DNA of 63,984 bases, taken from assembly GCA_035525455.1 (NCBI GenBank), contig DATLEF010000209.1:1-63984 (forward strand). The letters run 5' to 3'. Every line of letters begins with the position of its first letter. The stretch's first letter is position 1. Both the position numbers and the translations under genes were made by a program. Positions 31,554 through 40,981 of the stretch are shown here, one piece after another. This DNA is from Burkholderiales bacterium. GTDB taxonomy: Bacteria; Pseudomonadota; Gammaproteobacteria; Burkholderiales; SG8-41. A model generated the notes under the pieces. That model was not told where the DNA came from. It saw only the letters and a list, made by a program, of their open reading frames with translations, and did not search any database.

Positions 31554-32716
31554 CCGACTGGGTGGAAGGCAATCGGCTCAATTTGCTTGAGAGTGGACGG
31601 GACTATTTCCCGGCGTTAGAGAGCGCTTGTGACCAGGCGCAACGCGAAATCCATGTCGAAACCTATATATTCGAAGACGACGACGCCGGTCGCCGGATAG
31701 GTCAAGCACTCGTGCGCGCCGCACACCGAGGCGTCGCGACTCATCTATTGGTAGACGGCTACGGATCGCGAACGCTCGGCGCACGTCTTGCCGACGAACT
31801 GAAACAGGCTGGCGTCAAGTTCATTGTCTACCGCCCCGACATTGCGCCATGGACTTTCCAACGGCAGCGCCTGCGCCGCATGCATCGCAAGCTGGCGGTG
31901 ATCGATGCCCGGGTCGCATTCGTCGGCGGTATCAACGTCATCGACGATATGCATACTCCACACCATACGCCCCCGCGGGTGGATTACGCAGTACGTATCG
32001 AAGGTCCGTTGGTCGAAGCCATTCACGGTGCCGCGAAAAGATTGTGGACAATCGTGCTGCTCACGCAATTGAGCGGCGGCTGGCCGGAATATGAAGGGCT
32101 CGAGCCCGATCGCGCGCGGCGCGGTTCCCAGCGCGCCGCTTTTCTCGTGCGCGACAATCTTTGGCATCGCAACGACATTGAAGAGGCGTACTTGTCCTCG
32201 ATTGCGTCTGCGCGATCGGAGATTCTAATTGCAAGCTCGTATTTTTTTCCGGGGCTGGCGTTTCGTCACGCGTTGGCGCAGGCGGCTGCCCGCGGGGTGC
32301 GAGTCATGCTTCTGCTGCAGGGCCGCGTGGAATATCGTCTGTTGCACTACGCTTCCCGCGCACTGTACGGAACGTTGCTCGACTCAGGCGTCGAAATCCA
32401 CGAGCATCACAAGAGTTTTTTGCACGCGAAAGTCGCTGTGATAGACAGCAGTTGGGCGACCGTAGGGTCCTCGAATATCGACCCTTTCAGCCTGCTGCTC
32501 GCCCGTGAGGCGAATGTCGTTGCTGATGACGCGCGTTTCGCCAGCGAGCTCCGGGCGAGCCTGGGCGTTGTCATGGCCGACGGCGCGCGCCAAGTGAAAG
32601 CTGAAAGCTGGCACCGGCGCCCTTTGCCCGACCGCATTGCGCACTGGACGTGTTACGGCCTGGCGCGGCTGCTGACGGGACTCTTTGCGTATGGCCCGGC
32701 AAAGGAGTTCAGCTAA
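31550..32716 (+). CDS. clsB: Cardiolipin synthase B (PLD superfamily)
   Basis: Two HKD motifs: HRKLAVIDARVAFVGGIN and HAKVAVIDSSWATVGSSN. 4-nt overlap with the EEP gene. Confidence 0.88.
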   Translation: MTDWVEGNRLNLLESGRDYFPALESACDQAQREIHVETYIFEDDDAGRRIGQALVRAAHRGVATHLLVDGYGSRTLGARLADELKQAGVKFIVYRPDIAPWTFQRQRLRRMHRKLAVIDARVAFVGGINVIDDMHTPHHTPPRVDYAVRIEGPLVEAIHGAAKRLWTIVLLTQLSGGWPEYEGLEPDRARRGSQRAAFLVRDNLWHRNDIEEAYLSSIASARSEILIASSYFFPGLAFRHALAQAAARGVRVMLLLQGRVEYRLLHYASRALYGTLLDSGVEIHEHHKSFLHAKVAVIDSSWATVGSSNIDPFSLLLAREANVVADDARFASELRASLGVVMADGARQVKAESWHRRPLPDRIAHWTCYGLARLLTGLFAYGPAKEFS

Positions 32717-32901
32717 AGGACTTCTGTCCCTACGTCCGGCATCGCAATTGCTACGTACATCATGAAAGCGGGGAGCGCCACGCTCTTTCGTTTTCATCCT
32801 CCTCCTTTGGTACGTCTTCGGGCGCGGTTTCCGCGCCCGTTTTTTATCAGGCTCGACCGCGAACGGGCAGGCGAAAGCGCGCTGCTAGAATCGGCTGCCA
32901 C

Positions 32902-34728
32902 ATGAGAACCTCCCCGGTCAGCGCCACTTCGCCGCAGCGCGGGACACGCGAGTGGCGTGTCCTGCCCATGCTCCTGCCGTATCTCTGGGAATACAAGTGG
33001 CGTGTCGGCGTTGCGCTTGCTTTTCTGATAACCGCCAAACTCGCGAACGTGGCGGTGCCGCTGGTGTTGAAAGAGATCGTCGACGCCCTCACCCCCGCCC
33101 GCGCGATCCTGGTCCTGCCGTTCGCGCTTCTGGTTGCATACGGAGTGCTGCGTCTGTCCACGACGCTCTTCGCCGAGCTTCGGGATCTCGTCTTCGTGCG
33201 AGTGACGCAGCGCGCGATTCGCCGTATCGCGCTGAACGTGTTTCGACACCTGCACGCGCTGTCGCTGCGCTTTCATCTGGAAAGACAGACGGGCGGTGTC
33301 TCGAGAGACATCGAACGCGGCACCCGCGGCATCTCGACGCTCTTGTCTTACATGCTGTTCTCGATCATTCCTGTAGTACTCGAGTTCACGCTGGTCGCGG
33401 CGGTGCTCTTTGCGAAATTCGACTGGCGTTTCGTCGCGGTTACATTTGGCGCGATTATCGTGTACCTCGCATTCACGTTCGGCATCACCGAGTGGCGCAT
33501 GGACATTCGGCGGCACGCGAACGAGCTCGACTCGCGCGCCAACACCCGCGCGATCGACAGTCTGCTGAACTACGAAACGGTGAAGTACTTCAACAACGAA
33601 GACTACGAAGCGCGCAGGTACGACGAGAATTTGCGGCAGTACGAGACAGCGGCAGTGAAGACGGAGGCCTCGCTCGGGGTCCTCAACATCGGACAAAGCC
33701 TGATCATCGCCATCGCCGTCACGATACTGATGATACTGGCCGCCGAGGGTGTCGTCGGTACGACGCTCAGCCTTGGCGACCTCGTGCTGATCAACGGCTT
33801 GCTCATACAGCTCTATATCCCGCTCAATTTCCTCGGCATGGTCTATCGCGAGATCAAGCAGGCGCTCGCCGACATGGACCGGATGTTTCGCTTGCTGGAG
33901 GCCCATCGCGAGATCGAAGACCGGCCGGACGCCATCGAGTTGCCGCCCGGGCCCGCGTCCATACGTTTCGAGCACGTCGACTTCAGCTACGATCCGAAGA
34001 GGCAAATCCTTTACGACGTCAGCTTCGAGGTGCCTCCCGGCACCAAAGTGGCAGTAGTGGGGCCCAGCGGTTCGGGCAAGTCGACGCTCGCGCGGCTGTT
34101 ATATCGATTTTACGACGTGAGCAATGGGTCCGTGCGTATCAATGGCTGCGACATACGCGAGGCGCGACAAGCGAGCCTCCGTGCGGCAATCGCGATCGTC
34201 CCGCAGGATACGGTTCTTTTCAACGACACGATTTACTACAATATTCAGTATGGCCGCCCTGACGCAACGCGTGAGGATGTTATAGCCGCTGCAAAAGCTG
34301 CGCACATCCACGACTTCATCACGAGCCTGCCGGACGGCTATGACGCGCGAGTGGGCGAGCGCGGGTTGAAGCTTTCCGGCGGAGAAAAGCAACGCGTGGC
34401 CATTGCAAGAGCTATATTGAAGGATCCGCGTATCCTGATTTTCGACGAGGCCACGTCAGCGCTGGATTCGAAGTCAGAAAAAGCTATTCAGGCGGAGCTC
34501 GACCGCATCGCGCGCGGACACACTACGCTCGTCATCGCACACCGGCTCTCGACGGTGATGGATGCGGACGAAATTCTGGTATTGGACCGGGGGCGCATCG
34601 TCGAGCGCGGCACCCATCGTGAGCTGCTCATGCAGCGCGGCGCGTACGAACAGATGTGGTCGCTGCAGCAGCAGGAGGATGCCCGGCGCGCGCATGAAGA
34701 GCAGATCGCAACTGTCGCGAGCCATTAG
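32902..34728 (+). CDS. ABC transporter permease/ATP-binding protein, Atm1/HMT1-type exporter
   Basis: ATG at 32902 (residue 85 of the track ORF). Six TM helices, then Walker A GPSGSGKST, the signature LSGGEKQRVAIAR and Walker B ILIFDEATSALD. Confidence 0.88.
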   Translation: MRTSPVSATSPQRGTREWRVLPMLLPYLWEYKWRVGVALAFLITAKLANVAVPLVLKEIVDALTPARAILVLPFALLVAYGVLRLSTTLFAELRDLVFVRVTQRAIRRIALNVFRHLHALSLRFHLERQTGGVSRDIERGTRGISTLLSYMLFSIIPVVLEFTLVAAVLFAKFDWRFVAVTFGAIIVYLAFTFGITEWRMDIRRHANELDSRANTRAIDSLLNYETVKYFNNEDYEARRYDENLRQYETAAVKTEASLGVLNIGQSLIIAIAVTILMILAAEGVVGTTLSLGDLVLINGLLIQLYIPLNFLGMVYREIKQALADMDRMFRLLEAHREIEDRPDAIELPPGPASIRFEHVDFSYDPKRQILYDVSFEVPPGTKVAVVGPSGSGKSTLARLLYRFYDVSNGSVRINGCDIREARQASLRAAIAIVPQDTVLFNDTIYYNIQYGRPDATREDVIAAAKAAHIHDFITSLPDGYDARVGERGLKLSGGEKQRVAIARAILKDPRILIFDEATSALDSKSEKAIQAELDRIARGHTTLVIAHRLSTVMDADEILVLDRGRIVERGTHRELLMQRGAYEQMWSLQQQEDARRAHEEQIATVASH

Positions 34729-36116
34729 TTTAGGTCTGTTCGGTCGCGTGCCAGGGTCACTCGCTGTTCAGGTGCCGGGAAAGAGACAGTAACTATTGTG
34801 CCTATACCCGCGGTTCCCCGAGTTAGCGTTACGTCAGCGCCGTGGGTTTGCGCAATCTCGCTCACGATCGCGAGTCCCAGGCCCACGCCCTCGGCGCCTG
34901 TGCCGAGCACCCGGTAGAAGCGCTCGAATACGCGGGTGCGCTCAGCCTCGGGTATGCCAGGGCCGTTATCCTCGATGGTGAGTACGGGTCGGCCTTCTAC
35001 AGAGCGCACGCAGACGGTGACCTGCCCACCGCTTTGAGTGTAGCGAATTGCATTGTCCAGCAGATTGTTCAGCATCTCGCGCAAAAGGAACGGGTCGCCT
35101 TCAACCCCCGCGTGCTGCGAACGGTCGTCGAAGCCGAGATCGACGTTGCGTTCGATTGCGCGCGGAACCCACTCGGTCGTCGCTTCGCGGGCGAGATCGT
35201 GCAGATCGAAGCGCAGGGTCGCCTCGATCCGGCCCGCAGGCGGCTCGGCTCGTGCGAGCGAGAGCAGCTGATTCACCAATCGCGTCGCTTGTTCCGTGGC
35301 ACTGCGTAATTGCCGCAGCGTGGTCTGCGCCTCGCCAGGCGGCGTCTGTCGCAGCGCGAGCTCGGTCTGGGTCTTCAGTCCCGCGATCGGCGTGCGCAGC
35401 TGATGTGCCGCATCGGCGATAAACCGCTGTTGAGCGGCAAGAGCGAGGCTCAGCCGTTCAAGCAGCTCGTTCAGCGCCCGGATAAGTGGACGCACCTCTT
35501 GCGGTGTCTGCTCCTCCGGCAAAGCGGACAAGTCGCGATGAGAACGGCTTTCGATTTCGAGTCGCAATGCGCGCAGCGGCGCGAGGCCGCGTCCCACCGC
35601 ATACCAGAGCATGATGCCCGCGACTATGATCAGCAGCGCCTGCGGCAGGATCATGCGCAGGAGAATCTGACGCGCAAATTCCTCGCGCGCGGCGCGGTTC
35701 TCCGCGACCTGCACCATAACCAGGCTGTTGCTCTTGCCCGTCTCGAGCGGAAGGTGAAGCGCCACCACACGGACCGGTTTGCCGTGATAACCGTCATCGT
35801 AATAGTTCACCCGCCCCGAAAACGGATCGGGCGGCGGAGGAAGATCGGGCTCGCCGGTGATGTACTCGTTGTCCGGGCCCGTGACGAGGTAGTAGAGCCG
35901 ACCGGACTCGCGCGATTGGAGCATTTGCACGGCAATCTCCGGCAGGTCTACATAGATCCGCTCGTTCAGAACCTTTACCTGGCGGCCGATGTCGAGTGCC
36001 GATTCGAGCAGCGAACGATCATAGGCGAGATTGACGAAGCGATTAGCGATATCGTAATCGATCACGCTGTTTACCGACCACAAAACGAGCAGCGGCCAGC
36101 AGAGCCACATGAGCAC
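34725..36116 (-). CDS. Sensor histidine kinase (TctE/QseC-like, N-terminal 2CSK_N-type sensor domain)
   Basis: H-box AAHQLRTPIAGLKTQTELAL; N/G boxes NLLDNAIRYT, IEDNGPGIP and GLGLAIV. The true start may lie upstream (see findings). Confidence 0.88.
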   Translation of the reverse strand: MLMWLCWPLLVLWSVNSVIDYDIANRFVNLAYDRSLLESALDIGRQVKVLNERIYVDLPEIAVQMLQSRESGRLYYLVTGPDNEYITGEPDLPPPPDPFSGRVNYYDDGYHGKPVRVVALHLPLETGKSNSLVMVQVAENRAAREEFARQILLRMILPQALLIIVAGIMLWYAVGRGLAPLRALRLEIESRSHRDLSALPEEQTPQEVRPLIRALNELLERLSLALAAQQRFIADAAHQLRTPIAGLKTQTELALRQTPPGEAQTTLRQLRSATEQATRLVNQLLSLARAEPPAGRIEATLRFDLHDLAREATTEWVPRAIERNVDLGFDDRSQHAGVEGDPFLLREMLNNLLDNAIRYTQSGGQVTVCVRSVEGRPVLTIEDNGPGIPEAERTRVFERFYRVLGTGAEGVGLGLAIVSEIAQTHGADVTLTRGTAGIGTIVTVSFPAPEQRVTLARDRTDLN

Positions 36117-36169
36117 CTGACGGCGCAGCGTCGTCGGTTTCGCGCGAGCCCTGTTGAGCGCGACGGTGC

Positions 36170-36844
36170 TCAGGCTGTGGGCCCTTTCTCGAGCAGATAG
36201 CCGAGCCCGCGTATCGTGCGGATGCTGACTCCGGCAGGCTCCAGCTTGCGCCGCAGGCGGTGCACATAAACCTCGATCGCGTTGGCTCCGACTTCTTCGT
36301 CCCAGCCGTAAAGCTGCTCCGCGAGTTGCTCCTTGTTCACCACGCGGCCGCTGCGCATCATCAATACTTCGAGCACGCCGAGCTCGCGCGCAGAAAGATC
36401 GAGTGGTTCCCCGCCCAGTGTTGCGCGACGCCCTGCGGTATCGAGTACGAGCGCGCCATGCGTAAGCAGAGATGCTCCCCCGGATTGGCCGCGGCGTATC
36501 AACGCCCGCACGCGGGCCTCCAGCTCCGGCAGGTCGAAAGGCTTGACCATGTAATCATCGGCGCCCAGGTCGAGTCCTCTGACGCGATCGGGGAGTGCGT
36601 CGCGTGCAGTGAGTACGAGCACGGGGACCGCACCGCCGCGACGGCGGAGCCGGCGCAGAACTTCAAAACCGTCGAGACCGGGTAACCCGACGTCGAGTAT
36701 TACCAGATCGTACGACTGAGCCGCGAGCACGTGGTCGGCCTCGTCGCCCTTATTTACGCAGTCGACGGCATAGTCTGCGTGTCGCAGCGAACGCGTGAGT
36801 CCATCGGCGAGCACGGGATCGTCTTCAACTATCAGTATTCTCAT
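36170..36844 (-). CDS. OmpR-family response regulator
   Basis: MRILIVEDDPVLADGL...DLVILDVGLPGLDGFEVL...LVLTARD receiver domain plus a winged-helix domain (IEVYVHRLRRKL). Confidence 0.92.
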   Translation of the reverse strand: MRILIVEDDPVLADGLTRSLRHADYAVDCVNKGDEADHVLAAQSYDLVILDVGLPGLDGFEVLRRLRRRGGAVPVLVLTARDALPDRVRGLDLGADDYMVKPFDLPELEARVRALIRRGQSGGASLLTHGALVLDTAGRRATLGGEPLDLSARELGVLEVLMMRSGRVVNKEQLAEQLYGWDEEVGANAIEVYVHRLRRKLEPAGVSIRTIRGLGYLLEKGPTA

Positions 36845-37072
36845 TGCCCGAATTAAACCGAGGTCACTACGGCACTTCCGAGGAGTTCAGGTGCAAGAAA
36901 CGTCGTGCACGCGTGCGTAAGATTCATGTAAGTCTCGATTGCTAACTTGGCTTCGCTTTCTGCGAGACACACCGTCTCGCGCATTTTGGCAGTTTGTTCA
37001 GTCTTTCCTCCTCGGAGGCCTGGCAGTTGCAGCGACCTGTGCTGAGCGGGTGGCTGTATGGCCTCTTTCAAT

Positions 37073-37114
37073 CCCGCCGGGGCATCCCACACTGCCCCGA
37101 GCGGGGTTTTTTTT
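37073..37114 (+). terminator. Strong orphan intrinsic terminator (no upstream plus-strand gene)
   Basis: cccgccggggca tcccacac tgccccgagcgggg gives 12 GC-rich base pairs with one bulged A, followed by T8 (37107-37114). Confidence 0.7.
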
Positions 37115-37258
37115 AGGCCCAACGCCCCTTCAGTTTACGACCCGATATGAGGAATTTCATGCCATTCCTAAAAAAGTGCTTGAAAAGACTGGGTTAACCC
37201 TGTATTTTTTCGAGCATAATCGGAATCTTAGCGGTCCCGTACAACATCGGAGGAAGCG

Positions 37259-38203
37259 GTGAGGAACTGGGTAATTGCGCTGCTGACAATCTTTGCGCTC
37301 CATGGCGCCGCTTGGGCAGGCGTCCAGCCCTCGAAGTCGCACAAGAAGTACGCCGGTAAAGTCGTGAAAAAACCCCAACCTCGCGCACAGGCCAGAACCA
37401 GGGCTCCACGCCCTCACGTGGCTGCGGTCCCGGAGGAGCATGGCGATCACCCCACACTCAAGTCAACCTCTGCGTTCGTGGTCGACCAGGCGGGGCGCAC
37501 CTTGTACGCAAAGAATATCACTACCGTGCAGCCGATCGCCTCGATCACCAAGCTGATGACGGCGATGGTCGTACTCGACGCAAAGCTCGATCTCGCTGAG
37601 CACATCGCGATAACCGAGGAGGACGTCGACGCCCTGAAGCACACGCGCTCGCGCCTGCAGGTCGGCAGCGTGCTGCCCCGCGATGACCTGATGCGTCTCG
37701 CGCTGATGGCTTCTGAAAACCGCGCAGCGGCCGCGCTCGGACGCGCGTATCCCGGCGGGTTGCATGCTTTCGTGAAAGCCATGAATCAGAAAGCGGCCGA
37801 GCTGGGCATGCTGCGCACGCACTTTGTCGACAGTACCGGGCTCTCCAGCGAAAACGTCTCGACGGCGGAAGATCTCGCAAAAATGGTGACGGCAGCCTAT
37901 CGCTACCTGGCGATTCAGCAATTCACGACGATGACCGACTATAGCGTCCACCTGAATAACGGCCGGCTACTTACGTTTCGCAACTCGAATGGACTCGTGA
38001 AAAGCGATCAGTGGCAGATTGACGTCTCTAAAACCGGCTATATATCCGAAGCCGGACGGTGCCTCGTCATGCAGGCACGTATAGCGACCAAACCGGTCAT
38101 CATTGTGCTGCTCGACTCGTGGGGCAAATACACGCGTACTGCGGACGCGAACCGGGTCAAGAAATGGGTCGAAAGCCATCTGGCTCGCTCGACGCCAGGC
38201 TAA
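37259..38203 (+). CDS. pbpG: D-alanyl-D-alanine endopeptidase (PBP7-type, peptidase S11)
   Basis: Signal peptide; active-site motifs SITK, SEN and KTG; GTG start. Confidence 0.85.
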   Translation: MRNWVIALLTIFALHGAAWAGVQPSKSHKKYAGKVVKKPQPRAQARTRAPRPHVAAVPEEHGDHPTLKSTSAFVVDQAGRTLYAKNITTVQPIASITKLMTAMVVLDAKLDLAEHIAITEEDVDALKHTRSRLQVGSVLPRDDLMRLALMASENRAAAALGRAYPGGLHAFVKAMNQKAAELGMLRTHFVDSTGLSSENVSTAEDLAKMVTAAYRYLAIQQFTTMTDYSVHLNNGRLLTFRNSNGLVKSDQWQIDVSKTGYISEAGRCLVMQARIATKPVIIVLLDSWGKYTRTADANRVKKWVESHLARSTPG

Positions 38204-38278
38204 TCGACACCTGACTTTAGCGTGCGGGCCGCGTGGCGCCCGCGCGATTCACTCCTAGCCGGACTCGTGCTTCAGCAA

Positions 38279-39250
38279 ATGGATTCGAGCGCGCGCTTCG
38301 AGTATCTCGATCTCCAGCCCACCACGGGTTCGTTCCTGAACGATGTGATCGCAGGTCTGTCGGCTGAACACAAAGCTTTACCGCCAAAGTATTTCTATGA
38401 TGCCCGCGGATCCGCCCTGTTCGACGCGATCTGTGAGCTTCCCGAGTACTATCCAACCCGCACCGAGCTCGCGGTTCTGCAGTCGTCCTCGAGCGAGATT
38501 GCCGAGCGGGCAGGGCGCCGTGGCGCGATCGTCGAATATGGCAGCGGCTCGGGCCGCAAGACTCGCGTATTGATTGCAGCGCTGGAGCCCGCCGTCTACG
38601 TCGCAATCGATATTTCCGCGGAGCAGCTGCGCTCGGCCGTTGCTAACCTCAGTGCGGAATTCACACAGGTACGCATGTATGCGGTCTGCGCGGACTACAC
38701 GCAAGCCGTGCCTCTGGACGATCTCGAAGCCTTACGCGGCCCACGCCGCATCATTTATTTTCCTGGCTCTACGATCGGCAATTTCACCACCGCGGATGCG
38801 CAGCGTTTTCTCGTCAACGCGCGGCAGGTTGCACGTAACGGCGGCGCGATGCTGGTGGGCGTAGATCTGAAGAAGGACGTGCGGCTCTTGCACGCCGCCT
38901 ACAACGATGCGCAGGGTGTTACTGCCGCGTTCAATCTCAACGTCCTCGCGCACATCAATCGCGAGCTTGGCGGCGATTTCGATCTCTCCGCATTTCGCCA
39001 TCATGCCTTTTACAACGAGGCGGAAAGTCGCATCGAAATGCATCTCGTGAGCACGCGCGCGCAACGCGCGATCATAGCCGGCCGAAGTTTCATGTTCAGT
39101 GCCGGTGAAAGCATCCACACGGAGAACTCCTACAAGTACTCGGTCGCGGAATTTCAGGCGCTCGCACGCGAAGCAGGCTTCGTCGACGAGCATTGCTGGG
39201 TCGACGATCAGGGTCTGTTCGCGATCCATTACCTGAGCGCGATGCCATAG
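38279..39250 (+). CDS. egtD: L-histidine N-alpha-methyltransferase (EgtD family)
   Basis: LPPKYFYDARGSALFDAICELPEYYPTRTE, EYGSGSGRKT, FPGSTIGNF, AYNDAQGVTAAFNLNVLAHINRELGGDFDL and IHTENSYKY align with mycobacterial EgtD. Confidence 0.85.
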   Translation: MDSSARFEYLDLQPTTGSFLNDVIAGLSAEHKALPPKYFYDARGSALFDAICELPEYYPTRTELAVLQSSSSEIAERAGRRGAIVEYGSGSGRKTRVLIAALEPAVYVAIDISAEQLRSAVANLSAEFTQVRMYAVCADYTQAVPLDDLEALRGPRRIIYFPGSTIGNFTTADAQRFLVNARQVARNGGAMLVGVDLKKDVRLLHAAYNDAQGVTAAFNLNVLAHINRELGGDFDLSAFRHHAFYNEAESRIEMHLVSTRAQRAIIAGRSFMFSAGESIHTENSYKYSVAEFQALAREAGFVDEHCWVDDQGLFAIHYLSAMP

Positions 39251-39397
39251 ACTCTGAGTGGGGCCGTCGCGGCGCTTATTGCCGCTATGCGGGTGCCTCA
39301 AGGCCACGGTATTCGAATAAACATGTGATGGGTACGCGCTGCTAATATCACCAGCGGTAACGTCCTGGCGCTAGGGTGCCGCGCGCATTCATTTCAG

Positions 39398-40558
39398 ATG
39401 TCGATTCACCTCATCGTTCTCCTGTGCGCGCTCAGCCATTCGGGCTTCGGCGGCAGCCGCATTGCGATTTCCCTCTATGCGTTGAATCTCGGTGCCACGC
39501 AATTCACGATCGGCGTGCTGATGGCGTTGTATGCCATCTGTCCGCTGCTCATGGCGCTGTATGTGGGCCGGCTTGCCGACCGCGTCGGTCCGCGCATACT
39601 GATGCTGATAGGCTCCGCCGGTGTGACGATAGGGCTCTTGTTACCGCCTCTCTTTCCGGGCTTGCCTGTGCTCTATGTGACGGCCCTGCTTCTCGGCTCG
39701 ACGTTTCTTTTCTTTTTCATCACCGTGCAGGGAATCGCAGGCGGCATCGGCGGCACCGAAAATCGTGCGCGCAATTTCGCCCTCGTCGGTATGGGCTTTT
39801 CCGCGGCAGGATTCATCGGCCCATTCGCCGCCGGCCTTGCAATCGATCATCTGGGGCATGTCCCGGCGTTCCTCGTGCTTGCGGTGTTTCCGAGCGTGTC
39901 CGTGCTGCTCCTGCTGTGCAAGCCCGATTTTCTGCCAAGAGCACGGAAGCACGCGGCCGTATCGGGCAGCCGCAGCGCACTCGACCTGTGGCGCAATGGC
40001 GCGTTACGCAACACGTTTATCGCGAGCGGCATCATTTCCTCGGCGTGGGATTTGTTCTTGTTCTATTTCCCCGTGTATGGACACTCGGTCGGCCTCTCGG
40101 CGTCGGTCATCGGCGCCGTGCTCGGTGTATTCGCGCTGGCAACATTCACGATACGCATCGTTTTGCCGGCGCTGGCGAAGCGTTATTCGGAGTCGCAGGT
40201 GCTGACGGGCGGCATCTTCGTGGCGGCGTTTGCTTTTGTGTTATTTCCGTTTTTCGAAAGCGCCTACGCGCTCGGTGCCAGCGCGTTCTTGCTCGGCCTC
40301 GGGGTAGGCTGCGGCCAGCCTATGTCGATGTCGCTCATTTACGCGCTTGCGCCGCCGGGGCGTCAGGCCGAAGCCGCAGGGCTGCGCGTGACTGCGAACA
40401 ACGTGACCCATCTGGTGATTCCGCTCTTGTTCGGCAGCCTGGGAACGGCGTTCGGCTACATGCCGGTGTTTCTGTGCAATTCCGCAATGCTCGTCGCAGG
40501 TGGGGTGATGATGCGGCGCGCGAAAATCGGTATTTCCCAACATACCTACATCACGTGA
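39398..40558 (+). CDS. MFS transporter
   Basis: 386 aa with about 12 hydrophobic helices. The GRLADRVGPR motif lies between TM2 and TM3. Confidence 0.85.
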   Translation: MSIHLIVLLCALSHSGFGGSRIAISLYALNLGATQFTIGVLMALYAICPLLMALYVGRLADRVGPRILMLIGSAGVTIGLLLPPLFPGLPVLYVTALLLGSTFLFFFITVQGIAGGIGGTENRARNFALVGMGFSAAGFIGPFAAGLAIDHLGHVPAFLVLAVFPSVSVLLLLCKPDFLPRARKHAAVSGSRSALDLWRNGALRNTFIASGIISSAWDLFLFYFPVYGHSVGLSASVIGAVLGVFALATFTIRIVLPALAKRYSESQVLTGGIFVAAFAFVLFPFFESAYALGASAFLLGLGVGCGQPMSMSLIYALAPPGRQAEAAGLRVTANNVTHLVIPLLFGSLGTAFGYMPVFLCNSAMLVAGGVMMRRAKIGISQHTYIT

Positions 40559-40583
40559 GCCGCGCGTCCACGACTTGTGGACG

Positions 40584-40606
40584 AAAAAAAACCCCGATTC
40601 GGGGTT
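40584..40606 (-). terminator. Intrinsic terminator for the glycine-zipper lipoprotein gene
   Basis: The minus strand reads aaccccgaatcggggtt followed by T8. Confidence 0.75.
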
Positions 40607-40652
40607 CGAGGCTGGTAACGCGCACGCGGCTTACGCCGCGTGCGCGCTTTGC

Positions 40653-40871
40653 TTACTGACGCTTGCCGACTTCGGAGCCGACCACGCCGCCGGCCACTGC
40701 GCCGCCGATCGTGCCCAAGGCGCTGCCGCCCGTAAGCGCGCTGCCTACCACACCGCCGCCGACGGCGCCGATGGCCGCACCCTGCGTCTGTTTAGATACC
40801 GGAATGCTATCGCACGCCGTAAGCGTGGCAAGGGCGCCCGCTGCTACTGCAATCGCTAAGAAACGCTTCAT
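40653..40871 (-). CDS. Glycine-zipper (OsmB-like) lipoprotein
   Basis: Lipobox LATLTAC, then GAAIGAVGGGVVGSALTGGSALGTIGGAVAGGVVG. Confidence 0.8.
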   Translation of the reverse strand: MKRFLAIAVAAGALATLTACDSIPVSKQTQGAAIGAVGGGVVGSALTGGSALGTIGGAVAGGVVGSEVGKRQ

Positions 40872-40981
40872 ATCAATCTCCTCGTTTCAATGATGAGCAG
40901 CCCTTCAGGCTTGCCCGGTTTCACCCACGCTGTCGCCAGCGCTACGTGGTGTTCCTTCGGTCAGCATGTGTTGGCAGTGCG

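Noticed and set aside
32650-32901. An 84-residue N-terminal extension of the ABC exporter ORF, overlapping the clsB 3' end.
   Set aside because: The extension overlaps clsB and intergenic sequence and has no homology-like features. ATG 32902 gives a normal Atm1-type N-terminus preceding TM1.
32794-34005. A 403-aa minus-strand ORF, and similar long antisense ORFs at 57888..58943, 27272..28294, 29905..30753, 30765..31520, 35310..36200, 8847..9749 and 10158..10916.
   Set aside because: Each lies opposite a confidently identified gene (the ABC exporter, clpA, aspS, nadA, the EEP gene, the histidine kinase, rpsE/rpmD and secY) and shows antisense-type composition.
36853-37122. An 89-aa minus-strand ORF ending 8 nt before the response-regulator start, considered as a possible small upstream gene.
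   Set aside because: Many of its codons end in A or T, unlike genuine genes here. It runs through the terminator hairpin and the A8 tract, and it has no Shine-Dalgarno sequence or motif. The region is better explained as non-coding.
39376-40659. A 427-aa plus-strand ORF overlapping the MFS transporter gene in another frame.
   Set aside because: Its product is Arg/Ala/Cys-rich with no TM pattern. The 39398..40558 frame gives a typical 12-TM MFS protein.
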